Assembly (NCBI RefSeq): GCF_009914755.1
Contig: NC_060926.1
Strand: one strand, 5' to 3'
Origin: the human T2T-CHM13v2.0 reference genome, Homo sapiens
Length of the DNA: 64,000 nt
The notes under the pieces were generated by a model, which saw only the letters and a list, made by a program, of their open reading frames with translations, was not told where the DNA came from and did not search any database. Positions 17,306 to 29,769 of the stretch are shown piece after piece. Both the position numbers and the translations under genes were made by a program. How positions within the stretch are numbered: the first letter of the stretch is position 1; each line of letters starts with the position of its first letter.

Positions 17306-18340
17306 CTTTGCGGTTTTATCTACCTCTGGTCTTTGATGATGGTGACGTACAGATGGGTTTTTGGTGTGGATGTCCTTTCCGTTTGTTAGTTTTCCTTCTA
17401 ACAGACAGGACCCTCAGCTGCAGGTCTGTTGGAGTTTGCTAGAGGTCCACTCCAGACCCTGTTTGCCTGGGTATCAGCAGCAGTGGCTGCAGAACAGCGG
17501 ATATTGGTGAACCGCGAATGCTGCTGCCTGATTTTTCCTCTGAAGTCTTGTCTCAGAGGAGTACCCGGCCGTGTGAGGTGTCAGTCCGCCCCTACTGGGG
17601 GGTGCCTCCCAGTTAGGCTACTTGGGGGTCAGGGACCCACTTGAGGAGGCAGTCTGCCTGTTCTCATATCTCAAGCTGCATGCTGGGAGAACCACTACTC
17701 TCTTCAAAGCTGTCAGACAGGGACATTTAAGTCTGCAGAGGTTACTGCTGTCTTTTTGTTTGTCTGGGCCCTGCCCCTAGAGGTGGAGCCTACAGAGGCA
17801 GGCAGGCCTCCTTGAGCTGTGGTGGGCTCCACCCAGTTCAAGCTTCCCGGCCGCTTTGTTTACCTAATCAAACAACTAACTCGGCAATGGCGGGCACCCC
17901 TCCCCCAGCCTCGCTGCTGCCTTGCAGTTTGATCTTGGACTGCTGTGCTAGCAATGAGCGAGACTCTGTGGGCATAGGACCCTCGGAGCCAGGTGCAGGA
18001 TATAATCTCCTGGTGTGCCGTTTTTTAAGCCCGTTGGAAAAGCGCAGTATTAGGGTGGGATTGTCCCAATTTTCTAGGTGCTGTCTGTCACCCCTTTCTT
18101 TGACTAGGAAAGGGAATTTCCTGACCCCTTGTGCCTCCCGGGTGAGGTGATGCCTCGCCCCGCTTCGGCTCATGCATGGTGTGCTGCACCCACTGTTCTG
18201 CACCTACTGTCTGGCACTCCCCAGTGAGATGAATCCCATACCTCAGTTGGAAATGCAGAAATCACCCATCTTCTGCATCGCCCATGGTGGGAGCTGTAGA
18301 CTGGAGCTGTTTCTATTTGGCCATCTTGGCTCCTCCCCCC
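17306..18340. promoter_or_regulatory. L1 5'UTR bidirectional promoter (sense and antisense)
   Basis: Complete 5'UTR with YY1 site gccatctt at 18320-18327; many CpGs have decayed. Confidence 0.7.
17887..18150 (+). CDS. L1 antisense ORF0-like open frame, 87 aa
   Basis: gcaATGG Kozak context; MAGTPPPASLLPCSLILDCCASNERDSVGIGPSEPG matches primate L1 ORF0; expression not shown. Confidence 0.55.
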   Translation: MAGTPPPASLLPCSLILDCCASNERDSVGIGPSEPGAGYNLLVCRFLSPLEKRSIRVGLSQFSRCCLSPLSLTRKGNFLTPCASRVR

Positions 18341-19144
18341 ACCATTAATCTTTAGTTAATGCAGAAGAACCTCTTTTTTACTACAGTTGGGTTGCATGCA
18401 GCATCTCTGTACTGGTTTCCTGTTGGTTTTATTAATGTCTCCTCATTATTCTATTTATCCTTTTTTTTTGAATTGCAGTGTCCAATTTCCCAAAGAATAA
18501 CTATTGTTTCTCTACATTAAGTGGTTCCAGAGACATTGCCTCTAGTCTTGACCATAGCAGTGGACATAAAATTCAAACCTGGTCAATTACAATGTTTACC
18601 ATGGGATGGCAAAAGTGAGCCAATCAGAATACTTCTCAGGGACTTATATGGGACTTATATGGATACTAGGCAGGAGAGCCCTTTCTTTCTTCTAGGACCG
18701 ATAAACTGAAGTATCATATGCCACACAACACAAAGAGAAAAATAGACGACACGTTTTGAGATCCTGCTGTCTCTGTGAACCAGCTCTATCCATTACCAAG
18801 AGTTAAAGAGTGCAAAGAGAGATTTGGTTTTGGGAACAGGGATCTCTTTTGCTCGTTAAATCATATGATATTGTGGGTGGCTTCTGAAAAGAGGCCACAG
18901 AAATTTCCCAGCACCCCACATCATGCTGTGTTCTTCATATGGACTCTTTCCGTACACACAAGAACAAATGGGACAAAAAAAACAAAAACAAAAAAACCTG
19001 GTAGAAAATAAGGAATTGGTGGCCTGATCCAGACTTACTGCCTCATTTAAGTCCATTCGTGTTATACCACATCAGAAGTGCCATAAGAGGCCACAGAATA
19101 ATGAAGGAAACCTATGTTTTAAACAGGTTCTTCATGTGATTATT

Positions 19145-19660
19145 AATGAAATAAATGTTTACTGAATGCCTGCTGTGTTCAGGTCTTTCTCCAAGGACTG
19201 AAGCTACTGCAGTGAATAAAACGGATAAACACCCCTGCCCTCAGGAGCTTATGATTGGGGGTGGGAGACAGGGAGGGTCTATGTGTGTGCATGTGTGTGT
19301 GTGTGTGCGCATGTGTGTGTATGGGCGGGGTTTGGAGGGTTGCAGTTTTAAATGGGGCAGTCAGAGAATGCCTCACTGAGAGGGTGACAATTGTGTAAAG
19401 ACTTAGAAGAGATGAGCAACGGGCCCACCTGGCATCAGGGAAGAGTGTGCAGAGGAACAGCCAACACAAAGGCCCTAAAGCAGAAATGTGCCTGGTGTGT
19501 TCTGGGAATGGGAGCAGAGCAAGGCAGGGAGATGTCAGGGAGGTCGGCAATGGGCAAATGGTGCACAACCTCATGGGCCTACTGTGAACGTTTGAGCTTT
19601 GGCTCTGAGTGAGGTGAGAAGCCTGTGGCAGCTGCCAGGCTGAGGTTTTATCAGGCTCAT
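19145..19660 (-). mobile_element. L2 3' region with internal (TG)n
   Basis: taaatgtttactgaatgcctgctgtgttcagg...gcagtgaataaaac...cctgccctcaggagctt is the reverse complement of the L2 terminus. Confidence 0.8.
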
Positions 19661-21501
19661 GCTGGGCTTCTCTGTCGAAGGTATTCTGAAGCCGTGGCCA
19701 TCTGCAGCCCCTGCTAATCTAAGCTGCCTCCCATATATAGCCAAGGGGATGTGAAATAAGCCAGTATATGGGAAGTCCCCAGCATGGAAGTGATTGGCTT
19801 CCAGGTACCCTCTTCAAAGCAGGGTTGAGGGGGCAGGGAGAGAAAGAGAATTTGTCATTGAAAAGAGGGAGGGAGAGAGAGAAAAAGCAGCCCCAAGAGT
19901 AAGTGGAGGTTGGGCTGTTCCCTACCTATCCCAGATTTTCTAAGGGCTGGTCCAAGAGGCTGCTCAGATCTTCATGCTACTCAGAAGTCCTTATGCTATA
20001 TGCAATATTGCCTGGCACAGAATAGATCTTGATAAATCAGTGTTGAAAGAATGAATGAATGCAATCCAATTTTGCAGTTTACTTATGAGCCTCCAGTCAC
20101 ACCAAGCACCCATCCCCTCCCCTGAACCACTGAGTCACTAACTCAGTTAACTCAAGGATGGCTGGAAGAAGAGTGAGGTCTCCAAGATTGCATCTGAGTA
20201 CTAGGAGCGCATGGTAATGGTTATTATGCCCATGTTCACTTTGAATCTGAATATCTGTTGCTGTTAGCTTCTAAGTTTCATTTTAAGGGCAAAACTGCAG
20301 GAGTTACGAGATGTGGAGGCATCTCTGAGCTGCAGGAATAGGCTGCCCAGGCCCCCTGGGACCACACACCTTCCTCTTTGATCTGCGAAGTCTACCTTGG
20401 CCCCGGAGATTGTGCACATTTTGGAGAGATGTAACTTCATAATCTTTTTATGGTCTTTGGCTGAGCTTAAAGAAGAGGTAGTGGCTTGTAAAATTCTTTT
20501 ATTTATGACATAATTTTCGGGATTCAGTGCTCACAAATACTGGCAAGGTTGAATTTATGAAAGCGGAGGCTATTTTAATGTTATCCTCTTAGTTCATAAA
20601 ATGTTGCCCCTGAAGGGGATGTTAGAATTTGGATGCAGTGAATAGCATCGTGGGAGCTGCTTGTCCTCAATAAGCATGTTCCTGAATTTGTATTATGACC
20701 TGCAGTTGAAAGGCTAAACAGTATGCATTCAACTAGTAATTCACATATAGATTTCCATTTGGCTGAAGAAAGTTTTGTTTTCCTGGGTCTGTTCTTAATT
20801 AGTAATTCGATTCAAGTTTAATTAACATTGTCTAGTGATTGTTTTTGCTTCCTTAGCATTCTTCAAACTATTAGCTTTGAAATTTGAAGTAGCTATCTCA
20901 AGTGGATAAAGAACAGTCTTTTTTCTTAAAGACAATTTCTTCAGTAGGAAAGATTGTAATTCAGTTATTTGCAATTGGTATCAATTGGTGGAGCAGAGAC
21001 TAGGGGTTGCGGCAGAGGTCATGATAGTAGCAGCTGCACCCGTCCCCTGAGACCCCTGCTGCCCACGTGCCTGCTGGGTAAACACAGGTTGGACCGACTC
21101 ACAACCAAAATCTTGATCCAGTGTGTGGACGTAAAAATCTTCCTGGCATATTTTTGAAACCTGATTGCAAAGGAGATTTTTTTTTTTTTTGGAAAGCCTG
21201 AGTATCTAAGAGGCATGAAAATAACGCATCATTTTAGAGAGATTCTATGAGACAAGAGAAATAAATAATGTCATGACTTCAACTTTTTTTAAAAACGCTT
21301 TTCAGAAATGTGTAGAGAAACCCAATTATGGAAACAATTGATAATTGCTAGAACTGATGTTCTTTAGAATGGAGAATATTCAGAAAGAGAAACCTAGGAA
21401 AAAATTCATTAGCTCGATCCACAATGTAGCAAAAGTGTTGGAAGAAAAGCAAATCCCAAATGGAAGGTAACAGGCTGTCCCAGTTGTCTATTGCCTCCTA
21501 G

Positions 21502-21863
<362 letters not shown>

Positions 21864-21889
21864 CCCTTTGATGACTCTTTTGTGGCAGG

Positions 21890-22070
21890 TCTTGTAATTT
21901 AGTGGTAAAGAGCTCAGATCTGAGCTGGAATCCTGGCTTCACCACCGACAGGTCATACCATATTTGACGAATCACTTAATCTCTGAATCTGCAAAATGGG
22001 GATAGCAATCATGCATAGCTCGTGAGTGGTTATGGAGGGTTAAATGAGATAATGTGTGTTAAGTGCCATA
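21890..22070 (+). mobile_element. MIR
   Basis: agtggtaaagagctcag...aatcacttaatctctg...aaaatgggg...taaatgagataatg. Confidence 0.75.
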
Positions 22071-22573
22071 GGCTGTAGCTACCTCCTAGTTTTAGCCACT
22101 GAGAGCATAACTGGTCGACCTCTCATTTAGAAAGAGAAGCAGGGTTATTCTCAAGAGAGATGGGATAAATCAGCCTGCTTTAGAGAGCCTTGTACTTCAC
22201 TTGGAGATGTTCTCCTTTTGGCAGAGGCTGGCATCTTGTGATCACCCACCAGCAAGGAGAGGCTCGGGCTAGGACTTAGTGTAGCATCTTGGCATTTGGA
22301 TTCCTCCTCTGCGTCTCAGATGAATGGCCCAGCAGATAAATACTCATGATTCCCTAGGGCCTGAGAGGTGAACTGGGAAAGTGAAGTATTCTGAGAGCAG
22401 AAGTATACAAGAGGTCACCTGGTTCCTAGGCAGCTCATTCTGGCAGCGGATATAATGTGGCTTAATCCAGCTGTTGCTTTTGCACCAGGGCCAAATAGAG
22501 ATGAACACTCCTCTGAGTCTCACTGAGCTGTGTGTCTTGTCTTCCTCGATTCTGAGCAAGGCCTGCATTTTTA

Positions 22574-22921
<348 letters not shown>

Positions 22922-24131
22922 CTAGTGGATGTGTGATTACCACATGTCCTAGCCTTGCCGATGCTTTAATGTCAATTTCCTGGCTTTAAAGTGTGAGAAG
23001 CAAAGAAAAAAAGATTCAAATATCTAAAGGCTTAATTTCTAATTATTTTTATAACCCAGAAGTAGATGATTCTGTGTACATCGTTGAGTGCTGGTTTGAT
23101 TTTCCTCTGTGTTCTTCCTTCTTCACTCCTACTGGGAAGTAGAAGCAAACAACTTTTGGGGACTCTTCCTACTTCTTTTCTGATCTCATCTCTCCATGTA
23201 TTTAGTTTTTTCTTTCTAAAAGCAAGTGATGAATCTGAGATAAGCTACCATCATATTGTGTGTGTGTGTGTGTGTGTAGAGATTCTATACATGTCTTTTC
23301 TTCCCCACAAAATGGGTAAAAATGGAAGTGCCAACCCAGGTTCCACTATTGTAAACACCAAAAAGGGCAAACTGAATGAAAGATCAAAAGCAAGTTCTTC
23401 ATTGCTCTTTCCTTTCCACCTCTGCCCTGGAATGTCCCAATTTCCAAGAAGCACTCTGGGGGACAGTGAATCACAGCTGTCGCCATCCTATTCCACAAAA
23501 TAACAAGTGAAAGGAAAAGAGCAAATACAAGGTTAGCACAACGAGAGCTGCCTGATTGGCTCATGTCACTCTGCCGACCATATCTCATTCCTCTAGTTCT
23601 AGGAGGGCTTTCCTGAGGCCTGGGCAGTGGGGAGTATGAGATGCACCATGCTTGAAGCCTTTATGTTAAAAAGCTTAGCTTTTTCCTTTGAAGGTGGGAA
23701 ATGGTTTCAAAAGAAATCACATTTTTGTCAGGATCAGACTGGAGAGACTGCAACCTTAACAGAACTTTAGAATTTCAGAGTCGGATGGATCTTGTCCAGT
23801 TTCATTTTTCAAAGGAGGAATGGGAGGCCAGGCATATTAAATGTCTTCCTGCATGTCCCACTACACCCACCTTATGCTAAATCTGGCTTCGAGGGAGTGC
23901 AGAGACAGTGAGGACCCAAAGTGCTTGCTGTGAAGAATAAAAAGTAGGCATGCTCTTGACTAGAGCTCTTTGTTCCTTGATAAGGAGACGATTGCCACTG
24001 TTTCATTCACACAGTATCTTGTCTGTGGAAAAAAGTTTCTAAAAGCCAAATCTGAGCATACATTGCTGAATATTCATTACCTACCTAGTGGATACCTACT
24101 GTCAATATGGTACCATAGAAAAAGTTCTGGG

Positions 24132-24427
24132 GTCCGGGTATGGTGGCTCATGCCTGTAAGCCCAGCACTTTGGGAGGCCGAGGTGGGCAGATCAGTTAAG
24201 GCTAGGAGTTCGAGACCAGCCTGGACAACATGGCGAAACCCCCTCTCTACTGAAATTACAAAAATTAGCTGGGCGTAATGGCACATGCCTGTATTCCCAG
24301 CTTCTCAGGAGACTGAAGCACGAGAATCGCTGTATCTGGGAGGTGGAGGTTGCAGTGAGCCGAGGTCGCACCACTGCATTCCAGCCTGGGTGACAGAGTG
24401 AGGCTCTGTCTCAAAAAAAAAAAAAAA
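24132..24427 (+). mobile_element. Alu (S or J)
   Basis: Full dimer with poly-A; TSD aaaagt(t/c)ctggg. Confidence 0.92.
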
Positions 24428-24604
24428 GTCCTGGGGTCTGGGAATAGGTAGGGAGGGGTCAGAAGACCTGGTCTAGTCCCGTATATGTAATGGGACAGTC
24501 ACTTCTCTCTTCTGGGTCACAAAATCCTCATTCGTACTGTGCAGGGTTGGACTGGATAATTTCTAAATTATAACACTAAAGTTCTGGAACTTTATGATTG
24601 TACA

Positions 24605-25082
24605 AGCAGTATTTGTTAGGACATAGTTTCTGCAGTGTGTGACAGAAATAAAAAATAACAGTGGTTTCAAACAAGGTAGACCTGGATTTCTCTCCCATGT
24701 AAAAGGTAAAACTAATACTGTGGGTCTGGTCTCTGTGGTCACCAGGGGACAGGACTTCTGTGTTGCTGCTCCGCCAACCTTCGTGTCCTCTCATCTCCAC
24801 AGTCCAAGATGTTTGTTCACCATATTCCATGTTCTAAGCAGCAGAATGAAGGAAGGAGAAAGAGAAGAGGGAGAGCCCCATTCCTTTTTGAGCATAGCTC
24901 AAATGTATTCAATCACTTCTGTTTAAACCCTGCTGGCCAGAACTTAGTTAAATGGCCACACCAAGATGCAAAGGGGCTAAGAGGGGTAATCTTTATTCTG
25001 GCTGGCCATGTGCCTAACTATGAGTTCTAATTCTACAGAAGAGGAAATGGATATTGGGGACAACTATCAGTCTTTGCATGCA
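24605..25082. mobile_element. Old MaLR LTR (MLT1I/J-like)
   Basis: aacagtggtttcaaacaag and ttagttaaatggccacaccaagatgcaaagggg motifs. Confidence 0.55.
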
Positions 25083-26555
25083 AATCATGCTTAAGATGAT
25101 ATAGATTCACAGGATGATCTACTGCCTCCCCTCTGCTAAGGATGGGAGGCCTAAATGGGGCAGTGTCTCTGATAGCCAGGATAAATGCCCAATTTGGAGG
25201 AATAATGGTGGGTCTTGGAGAACCTGCTGCTGAAACTCTATTATTCAAGTAAGTGGGTAGCAGTGGTAAGCCCTTTTGGGGAATCTGTCCAGTTCCTGAT
25301 GTTCCCTGTTCTCTGAGCTCTACTTCTCATTCTCCAATATGGTGGTTAATGGCAGCCATGTTTGTCCCCCACCCATCAGTGGCCAGAGACAGAAACAGGT
25401 GTGGACACCTGACCACCTGCTAGGCTATCACATCCTCTCTCCTGGGCATTTGGAGCTGTGGCTGAGAGAGTCACGTGGATTTGGGGCCATTTGCTGGAAT
25501 ATGGGTATTATTATAATACTCAACTCAAAAGTGGTGGGGTGCCATGTTTTGTCACGAGTATGGGAAATCAGAGAAAGCTGGTTCTGGGACAGAGAGGGAT
25601 GAAGCAGGTGTTCAGAGAGAGCAGCCCCCAAACACTGCAGGGCCTGAGGAAAAGGGGAGGGGGCTGCCTTGTTCCTGATGGCTCTGCCAACCACGATTCA
25701 GTTTCCCTTAAGGCTAAGATGCGTTTAGATTTATTAAAGCTCTCTTAAAAATATACCATGTAATATAGAGAAAGCTTTTTCTTTTTTAAAAAGGATTCCT
25801 AAACAGTTGAGTTTTTTTTCTTATTAAAACAAATCTTAAAATCTCATGTACCATCTTGACAGCTAATGGCTTGCAAATTTCAATTTTCTGCTTGTCACTA
25901 AAAGTGACAACTCAGAGGAGACTATAGAAATTGATTCACCTAGCCAAACTTATCCAAAGTGGGGAAGCTAAATAGGTCAGTCAATGGAGACCAAAACCAC
26001 AGCTTCTTTTCCCAAATAAAACAGCAAGAAATCCACATGGGAAGGGATGAAATGCAATGCAATGGTTCAGAAGGGATATTGAAAACAGCTCATCTTTATT
26101 TTAAAATATCTTCCTCTAACTTAAATGAACATGTGAATTTGAAAAAGATCATAAGTTGGTATTAGAAGATAGCACTCACTATACATTTATAAGTTGACTT
26201 CAAAGGAAAAAATAGGCAAGTCATCCAATTTCTTAAATAAAATTTAGGAGTGGAGATTCTAATGAGAAAGAGTTCATGCTGTGAATCTCCCTGTATGAAA
26301 TATGAAATCTACTAATAGAAATATATTAGAGTAACATTTCAATTAACTGGAACCCAATTCATCAGAGCTTTCAATTATTATTATTATTCTTAAGCCCACT
26401 TAAATCATGGATGTAATAAAACAAATCAAGTCCTAGGGATTGTCCTAGCTTTAGGTCTTTGCAATTTTTTTTAACCTCTGACACGTATCTAGAACCAGAT
26501 AGAATTGGCTAAATAATTGGGTTTTAGAACTAGTAAGACTTGAGGGCCATCTAGT

Positions 26556-26730
26556 ATAATGGTTTTCAACCTTAGTCACACATTATGGTCACCTGGGGAG
26601 ACTGAAAAAAATCCCGATGTCCAGGCTGCACCCAACACCAATTAAAGCAGAATCTCTGGGAGGCGGGACCGACCTGTATTTAAAAAAATTTCCAGATGAT
26701 TCCAAAGTGCAGTCAAATTTGAAAACCAGG
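26556..26730. mobile_element. MER5-family hAT-Charlie MITE
   Basis: Ends tggttttcaa...ttgaaaacca; internal cacctggggag, cagaatctctggg, ccagatgattc. Confidence 0.8.
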
Positions 26731-26914
26731 GTTCTTCTGCAGCTGTCCCAAGAAGTGAAGTGAGTGACCCAGATAGCCAGCTGGTAACAGAACCAGGCCT
26801 GTAATCTGGGACTTTCCAAATCAGTCCAATCTCTTCCCCCATTATACTACTCACAGTTGGCCCCTAAGCTACACTGGGCCAACATGCACCACCCCACACT
26901 GACGGATGAGCCTG

Positions 26915-27060
26915 TGCTATTCTAACTTTGACGTGTGCCCCACTCATCTGGAGATCTTGTTAAAGGCAGCTTCTGATTAGCAGCGCCTGCATTTCTAACA
27001 AGCTCTCAGGCGGGGCTGATGCTGCTGATCCAAGGACTGTACACACTTTGAGAATCTCTG
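26915..27060. mobile_element. MER5A fragment
   Basis: ctggagatcttgttaaa...ctgcatttctaacaagctctcagg...ctgatgctgctg...cacactttgag. Confidence 0.7.
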
Positions 27061-28339
27061 TTCTAAGCTGCAGTAGGGCTCTCCCTTCACCCACAGCACA
27101 CCTGCCTAGCACCCGGAGGTAGATCTGAACTCTTCTCATCCTGGTTCAAGGACACCACTGCTGTTTCTTGAGGCATCTCCTTATTTCTCCAAAAGCCACT
27201 CTGTTCACTCAGAAGCTCAGAATCATCCACAGCTGCATTTTCTTATCTGTGGGATTCTCCAGCCGTTGTGCTTTGCTGAATAGCAACATTTGGCTGCATC
27301 ATTCCTGAGCAGGGTTTTTTTTTTTTTTTTTTTTTTTGCTTAGCTTCCCCGAGAGAGTAAAAGATGTGCTTCATAATGGGCAACATGAAGGAGGTTAAAG
27401 TTCACTGACAAGGACCATTCGTTAGGTGGGATGAGTGTCTAGCTCTGCTTATCAGCCTGCGCATGTGGCTAAAGATGGAAAAACTGACAGGCAGTAGAAT
27501 GAAACCCAGGCACCTGAGGAAATCCAGGCCTAATCCCCTCCCATAAAACAAAGTGGAAACAGTTGAAATCTGAAAGCAGATGGTTGAGTTCCTCCATATT
27601 GGGCTATAAAGGGGGACTTTTGTGATAGGGTATTTATGGATTTGGGGAAACCTGACAAGGTGTTGCTATAAATGCCAAGAAGTACACAGCACAGTGATTT
27701 TGTTATTGGAATACATCTCATGAAGACTATAGTGAGGATGGGGAAAGATAGCTGCTGTGTGTGTATGTGTGTACATATTTGCATGCGTGTAGGTGGGAGG
27801 TGCATTCACTTGGCTCATGCTGCTTTGAGCAAGACTGATTTGGTGGTTGTAGGGAAAGGGCTGTAAAGGGAGACCCCTACAAGGGCATATGCAGGGACAA
27901 GATGAGCATTTGGTCATGGAACGGCTGTATGTGGGGTTTGAAAGTGGGAGCTGGAGAGTTTGGGCGCATAGCTTTAGTGTTCAACTTGAAAAGCTGCTCA
28001 AAACAAAATTGGGTCCCCAAAGAGCTGCAGAATGAAACAGGTATAAGTTTATCTGGCCCCTCCTGTCCCAGGCGCTTCCATTACCCTATGCGGCCACAAT
28101 CTTGCCTTATGCATTTTACAGCAATGCTGCCTTCTGTGTCTAGGTATTGAGCTGTGATGACTATCTTTCACTGGTCAGTCAGTTATTCCTCATCTTTAAA
28201 GTTTCTAACCTTGTTCCTGGTCTGATCCAGAGAATATCTGTGATAGATTAAAAAAAAATTCTTTAATATACAAAGGATTAGCTAGCCGGATCTTTGAAAG
28301 TTATACTGTCTGTAAAAAAAAAAAAAGTACCATATGGAC

Positions 28340-29050
28340 TATTTAGAAATCCACTTTTAAAATCGAAAGAGCCCTTTCGAATTGCAGTCCTGAAACAATC
28401 CTGCAGAGTCGTATGGTTTGGGGGACGGGGTGGCCCTTTTGTCTCCAACTCTGAGGAACACGTGCTCTCTCTGTTTCAAAGTGGATGAATCAAGCGGGAA
28501 GATTTTCGATTGTAGTTTAAACTAAGTGGACCCTTCGGACTTTCCTGGAGCTTGTCGAAATTCTATTTCTGGGAAACTACATTGTGATAGAGAAAGACAA
28601 GAGGCGGGATAGGAGAATCAGAATGAGAAACACGCAAAGGGAAAACAGATGTCTCGAAGTCACATGCAGAGCTCTTATTTGCAGTTTTCGGGTAAACAGA
28701 GCCCAGTCTGGAGAAGCAGCTTTGGACATGAACAGTAAACATAAACAAGAAGGGAGCAGTGGCCCTGGAGCCCCACCGTGGGATCACTCCACACCTGCCA
28801 AATCTGAGTCCTCAGACAGCAACAGTAGGCTGCTCCCATGCCGGGAGCTTGCTCGCAGTGTGGCCTCCTGGCAGGGAAAAGAAGCAGAGGTCTCCCTACT
28901 TCCTACCTGATACCGCAGTGCGTTCCTCCTCCCTCAAGTTGGCTGGTGCAGGTTGGGTCCTTGAGCGTCATGAGGTGAGCTGGAGCAGCACCTTCCCTCA
29001 GTCTACCTTTCTTGGCATCCACTGTCGAAATTTACAGCACCAGCGTCAAT
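28340..29050. promoter_or_regulatory. CpG-enriched unique region, candidate enhancer
   Basis: About 21 CpGs in ~700 bp by hand count, visibly above the surroundings; E-box CACGTG near 28459. Confidence 0.35.
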
Positions 29051-29064
29051 ATTTAGGAGCAATA

Positions 29065-29510
29065 TTCACAGCAAATATTGCTCCTTAAAGTCTGTGTGGG
29101 TGATTCTCAAACTCCAGGAGGAATCATCAGAAAGTCTGTTAAATCTCAAGGTGCCGGGCCCCACCCCCAGAGCTTCTGGCTCAGTAGATCTGTGGTGAGG
29201 CCTGAGAATTTCCACTTCTGCAAGTCCCTGCAGTATCTGCCCATGCCAAATGGCAGAAACCAGTTCAGTGAAACCATCGGAGTCTATCAGTATGGGCTAG
29301 TGGTTCTCAAACTGTGGTCCCTGAGCAGCAGCATCAGCACCACCTGGGAACTCGCAGAAGTGGAAATTCTCGGGCCTCACTTCAGATCTACTGGGTCAGA
29401 AGGTCTGGGGGTGGGGCCCAGCACCTTGAGATTTAACAGACCTTCTGATGATTCCTCCTGGATTTCGAGAACCACCTATACAGATTTTTAGGAGCAATAT
29501 TTGCTGTGAA
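29065..29510. repeat. Long inverted repeat, 164-bp arms with 118-bp spacer
   Basis: 29065-29228 is the ungapped reverse complement of 29347-29510 with 17 mismatches (hand alignment). Confidence 0.93.
29298..29476. mobile_element. MER5A
   Basis: tagtggttctcaaactgtggtcc...gcagcatcagcaccacctgggaac...tttcgagaaccac. Confidence 0.85.
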
Positions 29511-29769
29511 ACAGAGGAAATCATCTAAGGGCAGAGATGAATTTCCTGGTGGGAATTTGGGCATTGCAGCAAGTCAGTGGAGGAGATAAAATTTAGGGGA
29601 GCAGCTGAGTGAGAGGGCTCCCCAGGGAGCAGGTTGCACTGCTCACCCACAGCCAATGCTCCTTCCTGTCACTCCTCCTAATTCTCCAGCATGACTTGAA
29701 TGTGTCCCCTCTTGGAGCTGCCTTCTTTGAAATTGTTCTCACTCCTACCCTCACATGTCTCCAAATGTG

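Noticed and set aside
23066-23503. 145-aa ORF
   Set aside because: Low-complexity composition, crosses a (TG)n tract, and has no recognisable domain.
26556-27060. Hairpin potential in MER5 copies
   Set aside because: Explained by the intrinsic palindromy of MER5 MITEs, unlike the 29.1-29.5 kb duplication.
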